In this document: in pieces, positions 1 to 9,844 of the stretch
Position numbering within the stretch: the stretch's first letter is position 1
How the letters are laid out: each line of letters starts with the position of its first letter
Source of the DNA: Pseudomonadota bacterium
GTDB lineage: Bacteria; Myxococcota_A; Polyangia; GCA-2747355
Length of the DNA stretch: 64,000 nt
Direction: 5' to 3'
Assembly: GCA_016702545.1 (NCBI GenBank)
Contig: JADJDT010000015.1
Location: forward strand, 69,744 to 133,743
Position numbers and translations under genes: made by a program
Notes under the pieces: model-generated
What the model saw: only the letters and a program-made list of their open reading frames with translations
Databases searched by the model: none
What the model was told of the DNA's origin: nothing

Positions 1-11
1 CTAGCCACGAC

Positions 12-332
12 CTACTTGCGCGACGCTTGAGCCCGATCGAGCTCGCGCAACAGCGCATGGGTATAAATGCCCGCGTCGTGCCCATCAGCAAAGACCACGC
101 GCAGCGCGTACCGGCCGACGGATTCGATGCCCTTGGCCGTCAGGTCGTCGCTCACGGTCGTCGGGTCGAGCCGCGGCTCGCGCGTCCACTCGTCGACGCA
201 GTGCGCGCAGGGGCAATGCCGCCGCAGCTCCGCCAGTCGCCAACGACCCACGACACCGTCAGTCCAGTCGATACCGAGGGTGTGCGAATCGACCTGATAG
301 ATTCTGCGCACCGCGTAGCTGCCGCCCACCAT
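12..332 (-). CDS. DUF971-like small protein (gamma-butyrobetaine hydroxylase-like N-terminal domain family)
   Basis: Last 106 aa of ORF 12..851, starting at ATG 332 (MVGGSYAV...). It has the Cys/His cluster RRHCPCAHC. The upstream part of the ORF is an Arg/Gly-rich out-of-frame shadow of the apbC 3' region. Confidence 0.6.
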   Translation of the reverse strand: MVGGSYAVRRIYQVDSHTLGIDWTDGVVGRWRLAELRRHCPCAHCVDEWTREPRLDPTTVSDDLTAKGIESVGRYALRVVFADGHDAGIYTHALLRELDRAQASRK

Positions 333-364
333 GCTCGACCTCCCTCGCCTACCGTGCTCGGCGC

Positions 365-1453
365 TCAGGCGTTCCAGCCGAGCGAGAAGCTCTCCAACGC
401 CCCGTCCTGATCGAGGTGCAGGGTCGACAGCCGCGCCGCGATCGCGCCAGCCACCGAGCGATAGGCCTCCGCCGCCGGCGCGTCGGGCCACTCGACCACG
501 ATCGGGCGACCGCGATCCCCGCCGCTGACGACGCGCGGATCGATCGGGATCTGCCCCAGCAGCGGGAGGCCCGCCTCCGCGGCGATCCGCTGTCCGCCGC
601 CCTCGCCGAGCAGGGCGTGCTGCTTGCCACAGCCATCGCAGACGAAGTAGCTCATCGTCTCCACCACGCCCAGCCGCGGCACCTTCGTGGTCTCGAACAT
701 CGCGATCGCCTTGCGCACGTCGATCAACGAGATGTCCTGCGGCGTGGTGCAGATGACGGCCGCCGTGACCGCGGCCTGCTGCGAGAGCGTGAGCTGGATG
801 TCGCCCGTACCCGGCGGGTAGTCGACGATCAAGTAGTCGAGTTCGCCCCATTCGACGTTGCTGAGAAACTGCGTCACGTAGCCCGAGGCCATCGGACCGC
901 GCAGGATGGCCGCACGACCCGGTGGGATGAAGAAGCCGATCGACATCACCTTCAGCCCCAGTGCCAGCGCCGGGCGGATCACCCCGTCGGCGCTCATTTT
1001 GGGCTCCTCTTCGACCTCGAGCATCATCGGCACCGACGGCCCGTAAATGTCGGCGTCGAGGAGGCCGACCCGCGCTCCCGACTGCGCCAGCGCCACGGCC
1101 ACGTTGACCGCGGTCGTGGATTTCGCGACCCCGCCCTTGCCCGAGGCGATGGCGACGATGTTGCGCACCGTCTCGAGCACCTTGCGCCCAGCCAGCGGCG
1201 CACCGCGCGTCTCGGCCTTGAGCGCGACCGCAACCTCTTTCACCCCGGGCAGTGCCGCCACCGCGCGCTCACAGGCTGCCTGGAGCTGCTCGCGGACCGG
1301 ACAGGCCGGCGTCGTCAGCACGAGGTCGAAGGCCACCCGGCCGCCCGCGATGACGATGTTCTGCACGAAGGCGAGGTCGACGATGCTGCGCCGCAGATCG
1401 GGATCCTGAATCGGTCGAAGGGCCTCGATCACTGCCTGCTCGGTGACTTTCAT
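365..1453 (-). CDS. apbC: Mrp/ApbC/NBP35-family Fe-S cluster carrier ATPase
   Basis: 362 aa. N-terminal DUF59-like region, deviant Walker A motif ASGKGGVAKST, and a CDGCG cysteine pair near the C-terminus. Confidence 0.9.
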   Translation of the reverse strand: MKVTEQAVIEALRPIQDPDLRRSIVDLAFVQNIVIAGGRVAFDLVLTTPACPVREQLQAACERAVAALPGVKEVAVALKAETRGAPLAGRKVLETVRNIVAIASGKGGVAKSTTAVNVAVALAQSGARVGLLDADIYGPSVPMMLEVEEEPKMSADGVIRPALALGLKVMSIGFFIPPGRAAILRGPMASGYVTQFLSNVEWGELDYLIVDYPPGTGDIQLTLSQQAAVTAAVICTTPQDISLIDVRKAIAMFETTKVPRLGVVETMSYFVCDGCGKQHALLGEGGGQRIAAEAGLPLLGQIPIDPRVVSGGDRGRPIVVEWPDAPAAEAYRSVAGAIAARLSTLHLDQDGALESFSLGWNA

Positions 1454-1531
1454 CCGCGTGCTCCTCGATCATTCGCTGCCGTCGGCGTATCTACCACAGA
1501 CGCGCCCCGGGACCAGCCGGGCACGGGGTCT

Positions 1532-3907
1532 TCAGCGGTCGAAGTCCAGCGCGTCCGGGCCAAACGCCGCGCCCCGACGGCTGCTCAGCCGCCCGTCGGC
1601 CCGCACGTCGACGACCAGCGCCCCGCGCGGTGGCACGCGGAGCCGATCGAGGGCCAGGGTGCCGCGGCAACCGTCGCGCAGCCGCGAGCCGGGCAGCCGC
1701 GGCGGCCGAGCGCCCGGCGCTGTGGTCTGCAAGACGACCGCACGTGGCGACACACCCGCGGCCTGGGGCAAGACCTGGCCCTCCCGGTACCCTGCCGCGG
1801 GCAGGCAGGCGCCCACCTCCGACACGGCGGCGAGCAGCACCTCGGCGCGCCCATGCCGCAGACGCAGCGCGAGCCGGGGTCGCGCCGACCTCGTCGTGGG
1901 GCGCGACCGACCGCCTTGACCGCGGGGCCCCGGCTCGCAGACCAGCGGATCGAGCCGCCAGTCGCGCCCGCTCAGGGCCCGCGGCCCACCCACCCGCAGC
2001 GCGCGTGGCGCCAGCCAGGCGAGGACCCGGCCGACGGCCGGCGGCACCCTGCCCCCGCCCCTGAGCCACAACTCTCCCACCTCGACCGCGCCCAGGACGG
2101 CCACCAGGCCCCCGATTTCGTCGGGGGTCTCCCCCGTCAACACGACGTGGTCGAGACGACCGATTCCCCGCCGCCGCAACCAACGCACCAACGGTTGCCG
2201 GCTCGCCTCACCCGCGACCGCGCTGCGCCCTGCGCCCCAGAGGACGGTCTCGCCGTCGGGCAGCCGCAGCAGGGTCACCGCGCTCCCCGAGACGTCGAGT
2301 ACGGTGACCACGGCGCAGCGCTCGCGGCTCAGCCGTGAGGCCAACGGGCCCACCACCAGCGCGACGAGAGCCACGAGCGCCGCCCCGCGGCGCCCGGCCC
2401 GCGAGGGCAGCAGCCCGGCCAGGGCGACCGCCGTGAGCACAACCAGCCCGCAGCCGGATACCGCCGCCCGCACGGCTACCCACGGCGGCGCTGCAGCACA
2501 GGCGGCGAACCAATCGAGCCAGCGTGCGCCGTGCACGGCGAGGTGCAGCAGCGGGGTCCCGGCGACGGGCGCGACGGCGCCGAGGAGTGCGCCCACCAGC
2601 GCCACGGGCAGCACGAAGAACGAGACGAAAGGCACCCCGATCAGGTTCGCCAGCGGCGCAATCAGCGACACCGTCTGAAAGTGGTAGGCCGTGACCGCTG
2701 CGGTCGCCAGCGAGGCGCTGGCGCTGGCGAGGGCCAGCGAGCCCACCGCGCGCACCGGCCGCGACCGCCGGCGCAGGGTCGCAGTCAGCGGGTGGCGCGC
2801 CGCGAGCGCCAGCCCGATCACCGCCACGAACGAGAGCTGGAACGCCGCCCGCCAGAGCACCGCGGGATCGATCACGAGCAGCACCAGCGCCGACAGCGCC
2901 AGCGGGCGTGCGAGGTCGGAGCGACGGCCCAAGACCACGCCGGCCAGCACCGCCACGCTCATCACACACGATCGTTCGGTGGCCGGACCGCCACCGGTCA
3001 ACGCCGTATAGAGCAGCGCTGCCGCGATCCCGATCAGGGCCGCGCAACGACGCACGAGGGTACGGGCCGCGAGCGGCGAGCAGCGGCGCAGCAGCGCATC
3101 GATCAACCCCACCAGCGCCATCGCCACCAGCACGAGGTGCAGGCCGCTGACGGCCAAGAGGTGGGCCAGTCCCGACCGTCCGAAGCGCTCGCGCTGCAAC
3201 GTGCTCAGCCGGCCACCGTCCCCAATCACCAGGGCTGCGAGCAGCGCTCGGGCGGGCTCGTCGTGCGCGGCGCCCTCGATCACCCGTCGCAGGTGGTGGC
3301 GAAAGCGGTGCTGCCAGCGCGGCACGACGGTCCCGAGGCGCACGAGGTCCGCCTCGGCCGTGACGAAGTAGCCGGAGAGGCCCGCGGGGTGCTCGACGGC
3401 GCGGCCACCGGCAGCCGATCCCGCTGGGGGCGCGGGCGCCCGGTCCGCCGCCCGCCAGCGGCCCCGCGCGACCAGCGATTGACGGGGCCACAGCGGCCTG
3501 TCCGAGCGCGGCCGCGTCAGCTCGACTCGGCCGCAGGCCGCGGCGGCGGGCCGGCCATCCGCGGCAGCGGCCCAGACCCACGCGCGCTGCCGCTGCAGCT
3601 CGGGGCCCCAGATCGGCTCCTCCTCTACGGTGATCCAGAGGCGCAGCGACCGGCTGTTGGCCCAACTGGCCACGTCGCAGCGGGGATCCGCCGCGGCTGC
3701 CTGCAGTCGCGTGCGCGCGGCGCCAAAGAGCACCATGCTGGTGCCGAGCAGCACCGCCGCGCTCAGCGGGACGCGCTGCCTCAGAGCCAACCCGAACGCG
3801 GCGGCGACGCAACCGAGCCACGACAGCACGACGTGCGTGCCCCACGAACCGCCGATCACGATCCCGATCAGATAGCCGCCCGCGCAGACGGGTAAGACCC
3901 ATGCCAT
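1532..3907 (-). CDS. DNA internalization competence protein ComEC/Rec2 family
   Basis: 791 aa and polytopic. It has the ComEC signature LLAVSGLHLVLV and a C-terminal metallo-beta-lactamase-like region. Confidence 0.8.
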   Translation of the reverse strand: MAWVLPVCAGGYLIGIVIGGSWGTHVVLSWLGCVAAAFGLALRQRVPLSAAVLLGTSMVLFGAARTRLQAAAADPRCDVASWANSRSLRLWITVEEEPIWGPELQRQRAWVWAAAADGRPAAAACGRVELTRPRSDRPLWPRQSLVARGRWRAADRAPAPPAGSAAGGRAVEHPAGLSGYFVTAEADLVRLGTVVPRWQHRFRHHLRRVIEGAAHDEPARALLAALVIGDGGRLSTLQRERFGRSGLAHLLAVSGLHLVLVAMALVGLIDALLRRCSPLAARTLVRRCAALIGIAAALLYTALTGGGPATERSCVMSVAVLAGVVLGRRSDLARPLALSALVLLVIDPAVLWRAAFQLSFVAVIGLALAARHPLTATLRRRSRPVRAVGSLALASASASLATAAVTAYHFQTVSLIAPLANLIGVPFVSFFVLPVALVGALLGAVAPVAGTPLLHLAVHGARWLDWFAACAAAPPWVAVRAAVSGCGLVVLTAVALAGLLPSRAGRRGAALVALVALVVGPLASRLSRERCAVVTVLDVSGSAVTLLRLPDGETVLWGAGRSAVAGEASRQPLVRWLRRRGIGRLDHVVLTGETPDEIGGLVAVLGAVEVGELWLRGGGRVPPAVGRVLAWLAPRALRVGGPRALSGRDWRLDPLVCEPGPRGQGGRSRPTTRSARPRLALRLRHGRAEVLLAAVSEVGACLPAAGYREGQVLPQAAGVSPRAVVLQTTAPGARPPRLPGSRLRDGCRGTLALDRLRVPPRGALVVDVRADGRLSSRRGAAFGPDALDFDR

Positions 3908-3938
3908 GGTCCTGGTTATCGCCCAACCGCCGGCAAGG

Positions 3939-3966
3939 TTGACTTACGCGGCGTGGGCGATAGAAT
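3939..3966 (+). promoter_or_regulatory. sigma70-like promoter (TTGACT - 16 nt - TAGAAT)
   Basis: TTGACT at 3939-3944 and TAGAAT at 3961-3966, in a locally AT-rich patch just upstream of ORF 3989. Confidence 0.45.
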
Positions 3967-3988
3967 CCCGTGAAGCTATCAATATCAA

Positions 3989-4750
3989 ATGAGAACTTGC
4001 CGACAGGCTCCGGCCATCCACGAATCGCCCGCAAGGTCACGCTGGGCTGCACCGCTGCGGCGGCGCTGGCCGGCCGCGTGGCTGGCGGGATGGGCCGCCT
4101 TCGCGACCGCCCTGCCCGCAGGTGCCGCGGCAGGCGGCGCCACGGTACGGGGCGTAGTCCGCGTGCCGGCGGGCTTCGAACCGCACACGCCCTTTACCGA
4201 GCGCACCTACTGGAGCCTGCCGAACGGCCTGCTACCGACCGCGGCCCCCTTGACCGACTGGCGCCGATCGGTGGTGGTTTGGCTCGATGGCCCCTCGGCC
4301 CGGGATCGATCGCGAGCCCCGGCCGACATCACGATGGCCGACGCCCGCTTCGTCCCGCCGGTCGTGGCGATTGAGGCCGGACGCTCGGCGCGCTTCGTCA
4401 ACCGCGACTCGGTGCTGCACCTGCTCGAGCCGGTGAGCGGCAAGTTCATGGCCGCCGAGTCGGTCGGCCCGGGTGACACCACCGAGCGGCAATTCGACCG
4501 ACCGGGGACCTACCGCGTGCGCTGCTCCGAAGTACCGCACATGGAGGCGACCATCCTCGTGCTGCAGCAGGGCCAGGCGGCCGAGGTCTCAGCGGACGGG
4601 TCCTTCCAGTTCAACGGGGTTCCGCCCGGTATCTACACGGTGCAGGTGTGGTACGCCGGCGAGTGGATGTTCAAGCAGTCGGTCGAGGTCGGTGGCAAAC
4701 CCGTGGTCGTCGAGGCCAGGCTGCGAAAAGCGCAGCAGCGCAAGGAGTAA
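3989..4750 (+). CDS. secreted protein with a cupredoxin/plastocyanin-like domain and a carboxypeptidase-regulatory-like domain
   Basis: 253 aa. Signal-like N-terminus, a plastocyanin-like segment (GTYRVRCSEVPHMEATILV), then DGSFQFNGVPPGIYTVQVWY. The start codon is uncertain. Confidence 0.55.
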   Translation: MRTCRQAPAIHESPARSRWAAPLRRRWPAAWLAGWAAFATALPAGAAAGGATVRGVVRVPAGFEPHTPFTERTYWSLPNGLLPTAAPLTDWRRSVVVWLDGPSARDRSRAPADITMADARFVPPVVAIEAGRSARFVNRDSVLHLLEPVSGKFMAAESVGPGDTTERQFDRPGTYRVRCSEVPHMEATILVLQQGQAAEVSADGSFQFNGVPPGIYTVQVWYAGEWMFKQSVEVGGKPVVVEARLRKAQQRKE

Positions 4751-4757
4751 GGCCACC

Positions 4758-6956
4758 GTGTGGTTCTCTCGCGTGTGGGTCGTGCTGCTCGCTGCGGTCG
4801 TGGCGCTGGCCTTCGCGGTGCTGCTGGTGCTGCCGCGCCCGGCCGCACGCCAGCTCTTCAACGCCCACGCCTACAAGCTCGACCTGGTGCAGCATAACGC
4901 ACACCTGCTGCTGAAGGTCGAGGCGCGTGAGGCCATTGACCGCGCCGTAGCGCTGTCGCGTGACCCACGACTGGTCGAAACCCTGGAACTCGCCAGCACC
5001 AAGCAGCGTCCCCCGGACCAACTCCAGGCCAAAGCGCTGGCCACGATCAGCGAGCTGCTGGCACCCCTGCAGCCGGAGAGCCGCCCGGGGCTGATCATCT
5101 TGGTCGACGACCAGGGCAAACAGGTCGCGCGCGTGGGCCCCGGCGCCGAGAAGATCGTTCCGGGACAGCACGGCATTGCCGGCTATCCGCTGGTCGAAGC
5201 GGCGCTGCGCGGCCTGCTCCGTGACGACAGCTGGAGCGTGGAGGGCCACCTCTTCACGATGGCGGCCGCGCCGCTGATCGGGCGCGCGCAGCAGCGCTAT
5301 GTCGGAGCGGTGCTGCTCGGTCAGGAGGTCGACGACGCGTTCGTCCGTCGGCTCCGACAACGCCTGGTCAGCTCGACCGTACCCTTCCTCGCCGCGACCG
5401 AGCTGGCGGTGTTCCTACGCGGCCGCATGATCGCGTCGACCTTCTCCTCGCCCGAGCTATCCCGCCTGCCACTGCAGTTCAGCCAACGCCGTGATCAGAT
5501 GCTGCGCGACGAGCGCTCACCGGCGATCAACATCGGCGAGGGGGCCACCGCGCACGTGGTCGTGATGGCGCCGCTGCAAAGCGAGGCCGCCGCCCACGAC
5601 GCCTTCTACGCGATCGTCGGCCCACCGGCAGCACGCGCGGATCTGGTGCCCGCGTTGGCCGAGCTGCAGCGCTCGGACTTCGAGCTCGCCGAGCTGCTGC
5701 AGGCTGGCGGCGTCTTCGTCGCGCTGCTCGTGCTCGGGCTGCTGCTGCTGCAGCTCGAAGGCGACAGCCCGCTGAACCGCTTGTTGGTCGACGTGCGTCG
5801 CCTCACGCGCACCGATATCCTGCGACTGCCCGATCGCGACCATAACGGCCGACACGGAGAGATCGCGCGGCTGATCAACGAGTACTTCGATCGGCAGACG
5901 AAGCGGCCCGCGGCCGGCGCGGGCGCGTCGGCCAAACGTGCGCCCGCCGGAGCCGCCGCGCTCGAAGGCGCTCACGGCGGCGCGCCGAACGATCGCAGCG
6001 GCGATCTCGCCTTCGATCCAGCCACTGGGGGAGGCCTGTCGCCACTGATGGCTGCGAGCTCGGGGCTGCCGCCGATCCGTGAGCTCGACATCGATCGCGT
6101 GCTCGACGAGGGGCTCGAGGATCCCACCAGTCCGCAGTCGCAGGACAACGGCCTGAGCGCGTTACCGGCGCTCGACGGACCGGGGGTGATGGCCCTCGAC
6201 GGGCCCGGGTTCATGCTGCCGGAGGAGACCGCGGCCGAGAGCGGCACCGCCAGCGTGCTCTCGGAGCAGTTCCTGCTCCTGTCGCACGCCGGTGCACTGT
6301 CGATGCTACAACCGCTAGATCTGCCGCCGCTGCCCGATATGGAGCCCCTCGACGACAAGTTCCCGGCCCCTAGTCTCGGCCCGCTCTCGCCCCAGTTCGC
6401 CGGTCCCGAGCCTGCGCCGGTTACGGGCTCAGCGCCGCCGCCGGGGCATCGGCCGCACTGGGGCCAGCGCGAGCCGACCGGGGCGATGGATCCGATCTCG
6501 ATCGGCCCGATCATCGACCCAGCGGACAAGGCGCACCACGCGGCCCCACCTCGGGCGGCGGCCAGCCCGGCGCTCGCCACCGAGGAGGAAGGCGACACCG
6601 TGATGTCGTCGGTGCCCGAGCAGCTCGCGCGCTCACTCGCCCGCGAGCAACCCGCGGCGACCGAGGCCGGTCACGGTGCCTCCGGCGGGATCGCGCCGCC
6701 CTCGGCTGCCGACGCAGCACCCCGCGCCAGCGAGCCGGAGCTCGAACGGTACTTCCAGCAGGTCTTCAAGGAGTTCATGGCGGTCAAACGCAGCTGCGGC
6801 GAGAACGTCGACAACGTCACCTTCGAGCGCTTCGCACGCAAGCTGCGCGGCAATCGCGACAGCCTGATCCAGCGCTACGGCTGCCACGACGTGCGCTTCA
6901 CGGTCTACGTCAAGGATGGCAAGGCAGCGCTCAAGGCCACGCCGATCCAGCCCTAG
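4758..6956 (+). CDS. membrane protein with a HAMP-like segment, a low-complexity Pro-rich linker and an MXAN_5187-like C-terminal domain
   Basis: In-frame GTG at 4758, 11 nt after AAGGAG, followed by a TM helix (VWVVLLAAVVALAFAVLLVL). The C-terminal ~70 aa (ELERYFQQVFKEFMAVKRSCGENVDNVTFERF...) is recalled as a myxobacterial domain family. The TAG stop lies inside repeat element 6952..7101. Confidence 0.6.
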   Translation: MWFSRVWVVLLAAVVALAFAVLLVLPRPAARQLFNAHAYKLDLVQHNAHLLLKVEAREAIDRAVALSRDPRLVETLELASTKQRPPDQLQAKALATISELLAPLQPESRPGLIILVDDQGKQVARVGPGAEKIVPGQHGIAGYPLVEAALRGLLRDDSWSVEGHLFTMAAAPLIGRAQQRYVGAVLLGQEVDDAFVRRLRQRLVSSTVPFLAATELAVFLRGRMIASTFSSPELSRLPLQFSQRRDQMLRDERSPAINIGEGATAHVVVMAPLQSEAAAHDAFYAIVGPPAARADLVPALAELQRSDFELAELLQAGGVFVALLVLGLLLLQLEGDSPLNRLLVDVRRLTRTDILRLPDRDHNGRHGEIARLINEYFDRQTKRPAAGAGASAKRAPAGAAALEGAHGGAPNDRSGDLAFDPATGGGLSPLMAASSGLPPIRELDIDRVLDEGLEDPTSPQSQDNGLSALPALDGPGVMALDGPGFMLPEETAAESGTASVLSEQFLLLSHAGALSMLQPLDLPPLPDMEPLDDKFPAPSLGPLSPQFAGPEPAPVTGSAPPPGHRPHWGQREPTGAMDPISIGPIIDPADKAHHAAPPRAAASPALATEEEGDTVMSSVPEQLARSLAREQPAATEAGHGASGGIAPPSAADAAPRASEPELERYFQQVFKEFMAVKRSCGENVDNVTFERFARKLRGNRDSLIQRYGCHDVRFTVYVKDGKAALKATPIQP

Positions 6957-7101
6957 GAGCCTGTCGGGAAATTGCTGCGCCACCCGATCGCGGCGTTGCG
7001 GCTGTGCTCCGGTGCTCACGTACCAGCCCGTACGTTCCGCTCCGGTGCTCGCCGCGCCTTGCGCTCGGGCGGCTCGCGACATTTCCCGACAGGCTCCTAG
7101 G
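6952..7101 (-). repeat. palindromic intergenic element, copy 1 (core in reverse orientation)
   Basis: Perfect 21-nt terminal arms, CCTAGGAGCCTGTCGGGAAAT ... ATTTCCCGACAGGCTCCTAGG. The core matches the copies at 25160, 33814 and 45099 when reverse-complemented. Confidence 0.9.
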
Positions 7102-7193
7102 CCGCTCGACGGGCGCCCAGACCTGCGCTCGAGCCGTGCCTTCGACCGCGGACTCGCCTGCAGGGCGGGCCAGCGCCGGACGCGCGACAGGGC

Positions 7194-8528
7194 TCAGCCG
7201 TCACAGATTTCGGGCGTGACCAGCAGCGGCCCCAGGGCCAGCCAACGCTCCGCGCGACCGCCACAGCGCTCGAGCACGATATCGGCCGGCGTCTGCCCCC
7301 GCGCCACCAAAGCGGCCAGCGGGGCCAACGCCTGCGCGGCCTGATCGCCATGAGCGAAGCCCGCGCCCAACTCCTGCCGCGCGCTGCCGAGCAGCGCCAG
7401 CGCGACCGCGCGCGCGGAGCGCCCAGCGATCTCGGCCTGCAGGCCATCGCGGGCGAGCGCGGCACTTGCTGCCTCGCTGGCCACCTCATCGAACGCACCC
7501 AACAACGCCAGCGTGCGGCGTCGCGCCCCCTCCCCGAGCAGCAGCCCGGAAAGCAAGGCGATCACCGCCCGCGCGAGACGCGGCTCCTGCGCATCGACGC
7601 TGCGCAGCTCGATCGTGCGCTTGAGCCGCACGTCGGTGAAGATCGTGCTGTTGTGCAGCTCCAGATCATCGAGCGTCGCCGCCCGCCCGGCAAGGCCCCG
7701 CTCGTTGAGCTCCGCGAAGGTCATGTTCGGCGGGGCGCGCAGCCCCTGCGGCGTCGCGACAAAGAGCAGGGGCACCTCGATCAGGTGGGCCAGGTAGTCG
7801 GAGAAGCCGTAGTCCGGCCGCTGGAAGCCGGGCAGCAGGCCACATCGTGCTGGGTCGGTGTTGCGCCAGATCGGCTGGCGGAACGAGCGGAAGCCTGCGA
7901 GCGCCCCGTCGACGAAGGGCGAATGGGCCAGCATCCCCGCGACCCACGGCGCGACGAAGAGCGCCGCGCGCAGCAGCTCACGGCCCACGGCAGCGTCGCT
8001 GTAGTCGAAGGTGATCTGGAGGCTCGCGCTCTGCCGCATCATCCGTCGCCCCATCGTGCCGAGCTCAGCGAAGTGCCGATCCATCAAGCGATAGCGCTCG
8101 GACGGCAGCACGAGGCCGATCTCATCGACGGTGTGCACGGGGCTGACGCCGCCGAAGAAGGGCTGCACCGCGAAGCGCTCGGCCAGGCTCGCCAGCAGGC
8201 CCTCGAAGCGCCTCAGCTGGTCGAGACAACCGGCGAAGGTCGGCTGCGGCTCGCTGGAGAACTCGAGCTGCCCGCCCGGCTCTAGCGACACCGTGGCGCC
8301 CCCCGGCAGGCTGACCTTCTGCGGCGGGTGGCCCGGCTCGAGCGTGCCGCCCAGCCACTGCGCGGCGTGCGCGAGCACGCTGCCGAGTCCCCGCGCGCCG
8401 TCGTAGCGCAGCGGCGTCAGGGTCTGCCGATCGAAGAGCGGGACCTCGTACTCGAAGCCCACGAGGGCGCGATAGGGTCGCGCTGGATCGGGTCGAAACA
8501 GCGTCAGCATCTCGCTGGCCTCGAGCAT
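7194..8528 (-). CDS. glutamate--cysteine ligase family protein (GCS2 / plant-type GshA-like)
   Basis: 444 aa. The N-terminal block LVGFEYEVPLFD... and the segment GGQLEFSSEP are typical of carboxylate-amine ligases. Confidence 0.7.
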   Translation of the reverse strand: MLEASEMLTLFRPDPARPYRALVGFEYEVPLFDRQTLTPLRYDGARGLGSVLAHAAQWLGGTLEPGHPPQKVSLPGGATVSLEPGGQLEFSSEPQPTFAGCLDQLRRFEGLLASLAERFAVQPFFGGVSPVHTVDEIGLVLPSERYRLMDRHFAELGTMGRRMMRQSASLQITFDYSDAAVGRELLRAALFVAPWVAGMLAHSPFVDGALAGFRSFRQPIWRNTDPARCGLLPGFQRPDYGFSDYLAHLIEVPLLFVATPQGLRAPPNMTFAELNERGLAGRAATLDDLELHNSTIFTDVRLKRTIELRSVDAQEPRLARAVIALLSGLLLGEGARRRTLALLGAFDEVASEAASAALARDGLQAEIAGRSARAVALALLGSARQELGAGFAHGDQAAQALAPLAALVARGQTPADIVLERCGGRAERWLALGPLLVTPEICDG

Positions 8529-8586
8529 CGCTGGCCCCTCCCCTTTTCGATCACCGTCCGCTCGCGACGTGAGCCTGTCGGCTCGT

Positions 8587-8638
8587 CTAGCCCGAAAACA
8601 AGACGCCTTGCGCCAAGGCGCGCTTGTTTTCGGGCTAG
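8587..8638. repeat. 52-nt near-perfect palindrome (short relative of the element family)
   Basis: CTAGCCCGAAAACAAG..CGCCTTGCGCCAAGGCG..CTTGTTTTCGGGCTAG. It contains the family core motif CAAGGCGCG. GAGCCTGTCGG just upstream matches the arm of copy 1. The right arm contains the TAG stop of ORF 8635. Confidence 0.8.
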
Positions 8639-9147
8639 CGCCCCGTGGGCACCCGCTTCCGCTGTGCCGCCGAATCCCCCGCGCGCACCCGCAGGTCGTC
8701 CAGTCGGCGCTCGTCGATCAGCTCCAGCCGCCGGCGTGCCGCGCGCTCTTGACGCTCCCGATGCCGTTCGAAGGCGCGTAGCTCGGACTGCGCAGCAGCC
8801 AGCGCCCGTTGCGCCTGCTCCTCACGCGAGCGCGCGGCGGCGCATTCGCGGCCAGCCACCACCGCACGGTCCGCCCATCCCTGCAGCTCGCGTTCGAGCC
8901 GCTCACGGTAGCACTGCTCCGCCACCAGCGCCGCCGCCGACCGCGGAGGCTCCCGCGCCGCCGTCACACGCGCCGCCAGAGCGGTCTCCGCGTCGTCACG
9001 GCCGCGCTCGACGGTGGCCAGACTCTCGGCGGCTCGCGCGAGCTCCGCGGCGGCTTCGACGAGCCGATGCTGCGCCGCCGCGACCCCGCACTGCTTGAGC
9101 TGGATCAACGCCTGCAGCGCACCTGCCGACCGCTCCACGATGGGCAC
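8635..9147 (-). CDS. coiled-coil hypothetical protein (FliJ/YscO-like composition)
   Basis: C-terminal 170 aa of ORF 8635..9897, counted from GTG 9147. It is Ala/Glu/Arg-rich with a heptad-like pattern. The start is uncertain. Confidence 0.4.
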   Translation of the reverse strand: MPIVERSAGALQALIQLKQCGVAAAQHRLVEAAAELARAAESLATVERGRDDAETALAARVTAAREPPRSAAALVAEQCYRERLERELQGWADRAVVAGRECAAARSREEQAQRALAAAQSELRAFERHRERQERAARRRLELIDERRLDDLRVRAGDSAAQRKRVPTGR

Positions 9148-9242
9148 CGCGTTCCCGCGCCGCAGCCGCCAGCGCCCGGCGCTACGCCCAACTCTCGCAG
9201 TGAACGAAGGGGCCTGGCAAGCGGGCTGTTCCCGGCCTCGGG

Positions 9243-9707
9243 TCAGCGCCCCGCCTGCTGCGCGGTGCGACGCGCGCAGCGGGGCTTGCGATACGCGATC
9301 CACGCCTGTCCTGCCGTGCCCAGCAGGGCCGCGGTCACGGCCGCCACACCCAGCGCTCCCGCGGGTCCCCAGGCCGCGATCAGCGACAACCCCAGCAGGG
9401 CGAGCAAGGTCGCGGCCCGGCCGGCGCGCGGCGCCCGTCCCGCCAGCGTGGACAAGGCGCCGAACAGCGCCGCCAGCGCCGCGGCACCGAGCCCCAGACG
9501 GCAAGCCCGTAGCTGCGCCGCCGACAGCGCGGCGGGGCCATGCAAGGCCGCGGGTGGTGCCGCCGCGCCGGGGCTCAGCCGATCGACCCCGACCGGCTGC
9601 CACTGGGCGGGAAGCGGGCGGTAGGCCGCGGCAACTCGATACAGCAAAGCCAAGGGCGCGCTGATCGCGACCACGAAGAGCAGCAGGGCAGCGACGACCC
9701 AGCGCAA
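9243..9707 (-). CDS. hypothetical membrane protein
   Basis: 154 aa with several hydrophobic helices (VVAALLLFVVAISAPLALL; LLALLGLSLIAAW). Confidence 0.45.
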   Translation of the reverse strand: MRWVVAALLLFVVAISAPLALLYRVAAAYRPLPAQWQPVGVDRLSPGAAAPPAALHGPAALSAAQLRACRLGLGAAALAALFGALSTLAGRAPRAGRAATLLALLGLSLIAAWGPAGALGVAAVTAALLGTAGQAWIAYRKPRCARRTAQQAGR

Positions 9708-9844
9708 GGTGCACCTCCGGGGGAAAGGGCTCGGCGCATGATAGCCGGGAAACGTTCGAGCAGCGCGAGCGGGGAGCCGTGCGCGACAGACCGTGCGCGG
9801 CGGGCTGGACAGCGGCCCCCGCTCTGCGCGAACGTAGCGAGCGC

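Noticed and set aside
416-2338. Very long ORFs antisense to, or out of frame with, the called genes. Examples: 416..2338(+), 19876..21327(+), 21999..23396(-), 39327..42176(+), 44320..47133(-), 56000..58588(+), 58183..60933(+).
   Set aside because: Their translations are dominated by Arg/Pro/Ala/Gly runs with no motifs. Each overlaps a gene with clear family signatures on the other strand or frame. These are typical shadow ORFs of high-GC DNA.
6952-7101. The palindromic elements as retron msr/msd, or as IS elements with terminal inverted repeats.
   Set aside because: The window has no reverse transcriptase or transposase ORF. The elements are too short to encode protein. The small ORFs crossing them are not conserved between copies.
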